Of a stretch of 32,000 bases of DNA, positions 26,187 to 32,000 are shown piece by piece (the stretch's first letter is position 1; every line of letters begins with the position of its first letter). The position numbers were made by a program, and so were the translations under genes. The stretch lies in contig JBGQBI010000002.1 in NCBI GenBank assembly GCA_041494705.1, positions 30,001-62,000 on the forward strand, read 5' to 3'. Under the pieces are notes generated by a model. It was not told where the DNA came from, did not search any database, and was given only the letters and a program-made list of their open reading frames with translations. This stretch comes from Candidatus Methanoperedens sp. (GTDB lineage Archaea > Halobacteriota > Methanosarcinia > Methanosarcinales > Methanoperedenaceae).

Positions 26187-26972
26187 TTATTTTGAATTTT
26201 TTGATGATATAAGAGACAAACAATCTTCAAGCGTGCCGTTCCCCACGATATCCGGATTTATCCCATATTTTCGCATCGCATCGGCGGTTTTTTGTCCTAT
26301 TGCAATAACTTTGAGCTTTTTTGAATGTTCCGGCACGAAGCCTGAAAGTTCAAATGATTTTGCACTGGTGAATATCACTGCATCAACATCGTCTAATACT
26401 TCTACAATACTGTCGCCTGCTGCCAGCCTATATGCCGGCGCCTCGATTACGGTGGCGCCTCCGGCTGTCAGGGAGCTTACCAGTTCCGGATTCGGCACAT
26501 CAGCGCGGGCGATGCCGATTGTTTTGCCGCTTATGTCGCCGAGATATTCTGCAAAGTGACCGGATGAGAATTTCTCAATAACTTCACTTTTCAGTCCATA
26601 TTCCTCTACCTTTTTTGCGGTTTTAGGGCCTACGCTTACGATTCTCATATTTTTTTTCGGTTTTATTTTTTCAAAGAGCTTTTCAACGCCGAGGTTACTT
26701 GTGAAAACAAGAATGTCGATTTTATTCTTTGAAATCATCTCAGCCAGGCGGTAAAGAGGAGCCGGGTCGGCGGGCGGTGCGGCACGCATGGTTGATACAA
26801 TGACCGCTTCATGACCGTATCGCTTGAAAAGCTCAGGGATACCTTCTGATTTTTCTTCGAGTTTGGTGACTGCGATTTTCACAGAGGTAATATTGCCTCG
26901 GATAGCATATGCTTTTTGTGGAGCCAGATGAGATACTAAAGGGTATTCCACACGGTGCTGTGCATCGTCCAC
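26187..26972 (-). CDS. hemD: Uroporphyrinogen-III synthase
   Basis: 261 aa, ...VKIAVTKLEEKS..., ILVFTSNLGVEKLF, VSVGPKTAKKVEEYGL, AVIFTSAKS, VIAIGQKTADAM. The start is uncertain: GTG at 26972 or GTG at 26882. Confidence 0.75.
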   Translation of the reverse strand: MDDAQHRVEYPLVSHLAPQKAYAIRGNITSVKIAVTKLEEKSEGIPELFKRYGHEAVIVSTMRAAPPADPAPLYRLAEMISKNKIDILVFTSNLGVEKLFEKIKPKKNMRIVSVGPKTAKKVEEYGLKSEVIEKFSSGHFAEYLGDISGKTIGIARADVPNPELVSSLTAGGATVIEAPAYRLAAGDSIVEVLDDVDAVIFTSAKSFELSGFVPEHSKKLKVIAIGQKTADAMRKYGINPDIVGNGTLEDCLSLISSKNSK

Positions 26973-26995
26973 GATGAAGATTGAGAGGGCAGTTT

Positions 26996-28153
26996 TTACC
27001 CTCTCAGCGCTGCCTCAATACAGTCCTCAGTCCTTCCAAGAATGCTCTTAACCCCGCAAAGATTGGGCACATACTTATGCGCCTTCCCCGAATTCACCAT
27101 CATGCAAGTGAATCTTTCACTCGCAGGAGAGACAACCATGCAGGTGTCGCAAAAAACCTTTGCGCCGCTTTTCTCAATTCGCTTAATCAATTCAGGATGC
27201 TTATTTTTTATGGCGCGCGAGGTGCAAATCCAGACCTCTTTTTTTACTTTTTTACCATTTAAAAGCTGGGCAAGTCTTTCAAGCTCGCTGACGCTGCTGT
27301 GGGGGCATCCGAATGCGATTAAATCCGGCTCGCCCTTTGAATAAACCTCTTTTATCTGGCTTTCCTCGATTGTGATTTTTTCAGCCGGAGACTCATATTT
27401 CCCTGCTTCAGGGGTCACACCCTCAACATGGTACAGCGCCACGGCGCCGGAAGCTGCCATTGCGGCGCCGAGTGATTTGAGTTCGTCCTTCGATGGCTTT
27501 GATTTAAGTTTAAAAAGAGGCACTTTATCGCCCACCATCTCGCCGACGATATACCCAAGCGCCCCGTAATCAGAATCATGAAGTTTTGCCTCGACTATTA
27601 TGGATATAACAGGTTTTCGATTCTCATCAAGATGATAACCGTAATTCGGCGTTTTTCCAATAAGCGCAGCAGCCAGTGCGCTCGGTCCTCCTTCCCTGTT
27701 CGTTCTCGCCCCGATGACCGAGTTGGCGTATGAGATGGCTGATGATTCACTCCACGCCAAATGGTCTCCAAAGCCAGCCAGGTTATCAAAGATATTGTAT
27801 GGAGTACAGGAACATTCAATTCTCACACCAAGCGCGGAATATGCCTGGATTATTTTCTCCTGTTTTTTCGCGAAATCCTCTGAAATACCCATTTCTTTCC
27901 AGCATTCCAGGTCCATCCCTGCGGGATTAAGAATCGAAGGGACAGCCACTTTTCCCTTCAAATCGGATATCCATTCAAGACCCGCATCGCCTATGGTCTT
28001 GTACGAAACGCCTGCTATCTGGGCGCTTTTAATAGGGATCAACCTGTCAGCTTCGTAAATGTCCCCGAGGGCAGCAAGTATTTCGATTGCTTTCTGGTAA
28101 GTCGGGCCGCGCTCGCCGTTGAAGAGCTTCTCTTCTTCAGGTGTGAGGTACAT
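26996..28153 (-). CDS. Aconitase X catalytic (large) subunit, DUF521; in archaea the phosphomevalonate dehydratase large subunit
   Basis: 385 aa, MYLTPEEEKLFNGERGPTYQKAIEILAALGDIYEADRLIPIKSAQIAGVSYKTIGDAGLEWI..., the AcnX/DUF521 pattern. No DUF126 small subunit lies adjacent in this window. Confidence 0.8.
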   Translation of the reverse strand: MYLTPEEEKLFNGERGPTYQKAIEILAALGDIYEADRLIPIKSAQIAGVSYKTIGDAGLEWISDLKGKVAVPSILNPAGMDLECWKEMGISEDFAKKQEKIIQAYSALGVRIECSCTPYNIFDNLAGFGDHLAWSESSAISYANSVIGARTNREGGPSALAAALIGKTPNYGYHLDENRKPVISIIVEAKLHDSDYGALGYIVGEMVGDKVPLFKLKSKPSKDELKSLGAAMAASGAVALYHVEGVTPEAGKYESPAEKITIEESQIKEVYSKGEPDLIAFGCPHSSVSELERLAQLLNGKKVKKEVWICTSRAIKNKHPELIKRIEKSGAKVFCDTCMVVSPASERFTCMMVNSGKAHKYVPNLCGVKSILGRTEDCIEAALRG

Positions 28154-28234
28154 CTATGCCCCCAACACATATTTTAGGTATTGTGGACAGATATGCGCTT
28201 TCACAATTTTTTCAGCGTATAAGAATTCATTAAC

Positions 28235-28261
28235 CGCAGATGAACGCAGATGAACGCAGAT
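28235..28261. repeat. Tandem decamer CGCAGATGAA x2.7 (solo arm related to the palindromic repeat family)
   Basis: Read directly: CGCAGATGAA CGCAGATGAA CGCAGAT, preceded by AC. It shares the ACCGCAGA core with the right arm of copy B. Confidence 0.8.
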
Positions 28262-28383
28262 TGGTTGTTTCATATTCTCCATATTTTTATTTAATTGTGT
28301 TTATCATAAATTCTCTTTATAAATCCGGCGACGTCATGAAATCCCCACGCGCCGTCTGTCGTGGTGCGCCGCGCCTGTATGCT

Positions 28384-28403
28384 GGGGAGGGCGGGGAGGC
28401 GGG
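28384..28403 (+). other. Canonical G-quadruplex motif within a polypurine tract of about 50 nt
   Basis: GGGG A GGG C GGGG AGGC GGG, read directly. The purine-rich run continues to about 28434. Confidence 0.8.
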
Positions 28404-28469
28404 AGGAGGCGAAGGTGAGGGTGCGGAGGAGTGGATTCATGGCATTTTTTCTCACTTCGAGTATCATTT

Positions 28470-31193
28470 TTACGCAAATAGCACCTCATATTTAGATTCC
28501 AATCTCTTTTTGATATTATCTTCAAAAGTCCCCCCAATTTCATCATTGTATAGCATGTTCATTACTTTCCATCTATCATTTGTGCTATTGCTTTTGGCGA
28601 GCAAATATGCCCACAAAGGCATTTTTACGAGATGTTCCATAATTACAAATTGATTTTCTTCTTTAATGTCATCCCAGAACTTTTCAGGAACTACTTCAAC
28701 CATTTTATAAGTAACAAATCTTGTATGAAGATCAGTTTCAGGAAGGTCTTGCACTGCTCCAATATCGTATATCAATTCATCTAAAACTCTACGAGTATTC
28801 AAAAATCTTGCATCATTCTCAAATTTCTTATCCTTATAGACCAGTTCAATAATATTGATGAGTTCTTCTTCTGTGAGTTCAGAATTAGATTTTTCTTTCA
28901 GAATTTCAAGACCTTTTGCTGTAATCTCTGGTGGATAAAATCTTGTCGAAGATTCATCCTGTTGAAATACATGCACGATTCCCTTTTTAGAGCTTCTTTC
29001 ACGATTGACTCTACCTGCCCTCTGGATAATAGCTTCTAAGGGAGCGCCTTCAGTATAAAGAACATCATAATCAATATCCATTCCACATTCAATAACTTGG
29101 GTTGCTACTAATATTTGTGGCCATGATTGATCCATTCTGGATTTTTTCTTATCCTTCTCCAATTTCTTTTCTTTATTCCTTCTATCCTTCGCTATAAAAC
29201 GAGAATGAAGACACATCGGCTTGACTTGAAGATTATTATTTGTAAATTGCTTATATGCATCTTGAGCTGCCTTTACTGTATTACAAACGATGGCAACACG
29301 TTTACCTTTTTCATATATTTTTAGTTTCCCATTTTCAGTCTTCACAATAAACTCGTCAATTCTAACTTTATTGATTATCAGAATTACTTTGGATTTTTCA
29401 TTATCAAGACTTAGGGAAATACAATTTTTTTCAGCAGATACATTAATAGTTGTATCATCATTGATTTTATCAATTGTTGCTGTTTTTAACCAATCCAGAT
29501 TATAACTCTTCCATAGAAAGTCGATTAGTATCCCCGTATCATTTTTAAGAATTTCATCCCAACTAAATAAATATCTATTTTCAATGTATTTTTCAATTTC
29601 ATCTACAACTTTTTTTGAGATTTTTTCTTTCTCGAATAGCGTTTTTTCATTAACTCTATACTCATTTCTTGCATTCTGTAAAAGAGTTATATCCTTTATA
29701 ATATGATTTGCTCCCTTTATGTATAATAATTTTGAAAGGAAATCGATCAAATTCTTGGACATCGTTGCACTCATAAAAAGCATCTTAGAATAATCCCTGA
29801 GTTCACGAGTAACCCTCTCCAAAAGTGCAAGCATATGCCCATCATATGCATGAATTTCATCGAAAATAATGGCGCCCCCCATCACTTCACCCATAATTAC
29901 AGACCATCGTTTATTTCCATTAAAAGCTGTCATTAGAAGCTGGTCAACAGTCGCTACCATGATCGGTCTAAACATCATCCGATTGAGTCTATGAATCTCT
30001 TTTTCACTTTCAGTAGGCTTGAATTCTTGTGGGTCATACTGTTCAGGTTCATCAGTTTCCAAACGGTTTAAAATCTGATACAAAGGTGCACTACTATGAA
30101 GTAATCCAACATTTTCTTCCCCAAAATATTTTGTCAATCTTTCATAAATGCTGTTCGTTAGTACCTGATTAGGGAGTACATATAAAATTTTCCCATCCAA
30201 TTTTTTATTTTTTAAAGCCCATGCAATAGCTCCTTCTGTTTTTCCTGAACCTGTTGGAGCAACTGCAATTCCATGTCCTGCGAGCCTAGTAAGGTCTTGC
30301 TGGAAGTCTCTAATTTCAAAAGTTTTAGAGCCATCTTGTTCAATATCTTCCTTTACTTTTCTCCAAAAATCATCTACAGATGTGTTAACAGTTAAATGCA
30401 TTTGATTATTTGATGAACCTTCCCAATCTGCCGAAATCAATAGACTTTTTAGCAAAGCAAGTGTTCCTCTTATCTGACCAATAACCTTTGTTTCACCAGC
30501 GGAATCAATGGCTTCCTGGACTTCAAATGGGATCGCATCAATTTTCTCTTTGATAGTTTCTATTATGGTCTGACTATTTTTATTGACTTCTTTCCACGTC
30601 ACATTTGGCAATGAGATTCCTTCGTTTTCAAAAATGATTCTTGCGACTTCCATGACGTGATTCCATTGCGCTTCACCATACCCAATCCTGCTTAGTTCAT
30701 TAGAATCTCCAAAAAATTCGTTCCATTCTCGCCTGAAACTATCGGGATTAATCGGCTTATGATGTCCGATTGCTGCAAAAAATTCAAATGGAAATCCATT
30801 AGTCTCAAGCTTTCCATCTGATTCGTCATATTTAGAACCCAAGCAGAGTAAAGCCAATCCACCTATAATCTCATGTCTATAATCAATCTTGTCACTCTGA
30901 GATGGAAATGGTATGAGAGTTTCACATTTATTACAAAAAACCTGAGAAGTAGGCTTTTGTCCTTTCAGAGCTATCGTTTTCATTGCACGTTGAAAGCTTA
31001 AAGATGGTTTTCCAGCATCATGAAAAGCGACAGTTAATAACGAAGCTATTTTAAATCTTTCCGGGAGAATTGCATATTGATTGCATAAATCTTTTATTAC
31101 GTTTTCCTTTTGATAATATAATTTCTTCCAAGAGTTATAAACTGTTTCGATATGACATTTATAGCATTGTTTTGGCTTTCCAAAATAGGTCAT
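28470..31193 (-). CDS. cas3: CRISPR-associated Cas3: N-terminal HD nuclease fused to SF2 helicase, with internal insertion
   Basis: 907 aa. HD motifs: CHIE, FHDAGK, YRHE, GHHKP. Helicase motifs: I APTGSGKT, II FDEIH, III SAT, V ATQVIECGMDID, VI QRAGRVNR. The ATG lies 3 nt after the cas5 stop. Confidence 0.92.
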   Translation of the reverse strand: MTYFGKPKQCYKCHIETVYNSWKKLYYQKENVIKDLCNQYAILPERFKIASLLTVAFHDAGKPSLSFQRAMKTIALKGQKPTSQVFCNKCETLIPFPSQSDKIDYRHEIIGGLALLCLGSKYDESDGKLETNGFPFEFFAAIGHHKPINPDSFRREWNEFFGDSNELSRIGYGEAQWNHVMEVARIIFENEGISLPNVTWKEVNKNSQTIIETIKEKIDAIPFEVQEAIDSAGETKVIGQIRGTLALLKSLLISADWEGSSNNQMHLTVNTSVDDFWRKVKEDIEQDGSKTFEIRDFQQDLTRLAGHGIAVAPTGSGKTEGAIAWALKNKKLDGKILYVLPNQVLTNSIYERLTKYFGEENVGLLHSSAPLYQILNRLETDEPEQYDPQEFKPTESEKEIHRLNRMMFRPIMVATVDQLLMTAFNGNKRWSVIMGEVMGGAIIFDEIHAYDGHMLALLERVTRELRDYSKMLFMSATMSKNLIDFLSKLLYIKGANHIIKDITLLQNARNEYRVNEKTLFEKEKISKKVVDEIEKYIENRYLFSWDEILKNDTGILIDFLWKSYNLDWLKTATIDKINDDTTINVSAEKNCISLSLDNEKSKVILIINKVRIDEFIVKTENGKLKIYEKGKRVAIVCNTVKAAQDAYKQFTNNNLQVKPMCLHSRFIAKDRRNKEKKLEKDKKKSRMDQSWPQILVATQVIECGMDIDYDVLYTEGAPLEAIIQRAGRVNRERSSKKGIVHVFQQDESSTRFYPPEITAKGLEILKEKSNSELTEEELINIIELVYKDKKFENDARFLNTRRVLDELIYDIGAVQDLPETDLHTRFVTYKMVEVVPEKFWDDIKEENQFVIMEHLVKMPLWAYLLAKSNSTNDRWKVMNMLYNDEIGGTFEDNIKKRLESKYEVLFA

Positions 31194-31196
31194 AGG

Positions 31197-31934
31197 TCAA
31201 ATCTCCAATATCGGAATATTCAAAGTTTCTAGTTTACCTGATAATGAATTTGTATCAATTTTGAAGCCCTTTACTTGCTCTTTTAATGTTATTGAATGGT
31301 TTCCTATGAATGTAAAATCTCTAAACTCATCCGCCATTCTTTCATAGGCAAAACCATTCTCAAAAAGGAAATGCACAGGTAGCCGATAAAGCAATGTGCA
31401 AGGGCCTGGGTCTATCGGATTGTCGATATCAAAAAGACCATCATCAACCTGCATTGAAGGTACACCAACAACAACTGTGTTTCGCAATATCTGTAAATCA
31501 TCAAATTCGCACTCAGATACATTATGGACTATTGCATTCGCTAAGTCATCTGGTCTCCCAAGTGATAATGGATAAAATGGGCATCTAAATGCTTTTTCAC
31601 AAAAACGTATGGATGATTCATCGCCACATAAAATAACGTGGTAGATGGGTTTGAAAAGCATTTGCCGTTCTACTACATCGTTTTCAGGATTCTTTGTGGT
31701 TAATACCCTCCATGTATCATTGCATCCACCAGCATAACTACCTGCGATGCCAACTTTTAATTTGAGGGATGTGAATAGCTCTTGTGCAGTCGCCATATCT
31801 TTGCCAATGGCAGCCCCGAACATACCAATTATTGAAGTATAGGGTGGAAGTGGCAATGAGCGGTGATATTTGTACATATGCGGGACCCTAAAGCTCGCTG
31901 TTAGTCCTCTTATCTCAATATGGAGTAAATACAC
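31197..31934 (-). CDS. cas5: CRISPR-associated Cas5 (type I, I-B-like context)
   Basis: 245 aa with a GTG start preceded by AGGAAA. The N-terminus, ...IEIRGLTASFRVPHMYKYHRSLPLPPYTSIIGMFGAAIG, is the classic Cas5 motif. Confidence 0.8.
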   Translation of the reverse strand: MYLLHIEIRGLTASFRVPHMYKYHRSLPLPPYTSIIGMFGAAIGKDMATAQELFTSLKLKVGIAGSYAGGCNDTWRVLTTKNPENDVVERQMLFKPIYHVILCGDESSIRFCEKAFRCPFYPLSLGRPDDLANAIVHNVSECEFDDLQILRNTVVVGVPSMQVDDGLFDIDNPIDPGPCTLLYRLPVHFLFENGFAYERMADEFRDFTFIGNHSITLKEQVKGFKIDTNSLSGKLETLNIPILEI

Positions 31935-31948
31935 AGTTGATTTCCTTG

Positions 31949-32000
31949 TTATTTTTGTGTTTGAACAACTGAAGCTGGGGTTTGATTCGTAATTTTGAAG
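31949..32000 (-). CDS. 3' end of an upstream cas-operon gene (possibly cas7), truncated by the window edge
   Basis: Own translation of the minus strand gives ...FKITNQTPASVVQTQK*, with the stop at 31949-31951. Identity is inferred only from the usual cas7-cas5-cas3 order. Confidence 0.3.
   Translation of the reverse strand, partial: FKITNQTPASVVQTQK

Noticed and set aside
26113-26559. 148-aa plus-strand ORF starting MKTLRSLRLCGVRFYSPQRREGRKD
   Set aside because: Its N-terminus is just the translation of the palindromic repeat, and the rest is antisense to hemD.
28154-28469. Search for a CRISPR array downstream of cas3, and anywhere else in the window
   Set aside because: No 25-40 nt direct repeats with regular 30-40 nt spacing are visible. 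The only repeats are the 10-nt tandem and the G-rich tract.
28240-28653. 137-aa plus-strand ORF starting MNADERR...
   Set aside because: It starts in the tandem decamer, crosses the G-rich tract (a poly-Gly/Glu translation) and then runs antisense into cas3. This is not a credible gene.

Overview
Archaeal chromosomal segment, assigned from eS4, Rpp29 inside the r-protein operon, proteasome beta, aCPSF1, CofE and aconitase-X. No database search was possible; all calls rest on motif recognition in the translations and on reading the DNA. Positions 1-6307 carry a minus-strand ribosomal protein operon in the canonical archaeal order L3-L4-L23-L2-S19-L22-S3-L29-Rpp29-S17-L14-L24-S4e. Positions 6566-10711 carry a minus-strand anaerobic cobamide operon: cbiT, a fused cbiL-cbiF, cbiG, cbiH, cbiC. 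Housekeeping genes follow: metG, an AT-rich orphan HNH-like gene, psmB, aCPSF1/FttA, thiL and tatC. Positions 18450-23143 hold five translationally coupled plus-strand genes: a DHPS-like pterin-binding protein, MetV, MetF, a ThiC-family enzyme and CofE. MetVF next to F420 and cobamide genes is reminiscent of ANME-1-like archaea, which is a low-confidence inference. Next come a membrane protein with a SHOCT-like tail, pdxT, a short divergent FtsZ paralog, hemD and aconitase-X (DUF521). From about 28440 to the window end the GC content drops sharply by eye. That stretch holds the 3' end of a type I cas operon: a partial gene, cas5, and an HD-fused cas3. No cas1/2/4 genes and no CRISPR array lie downstream. 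Most notable observations: (1) an autonomous-looking module of about 90 aa inserted between the RecA lobes of Cas3; (2) a G-rich polypurine/G-quadruplex tract and a 49-aa ORF at the island boundary; (3) a palindromic CGCAAAG-type intergenic repeat family with two full copies and one solo tandem arm; (4) a 463-bp intergenic region after tatC with three GC-rich hairpins followed by an AT-rich stretch carrying ORB-like boxes.
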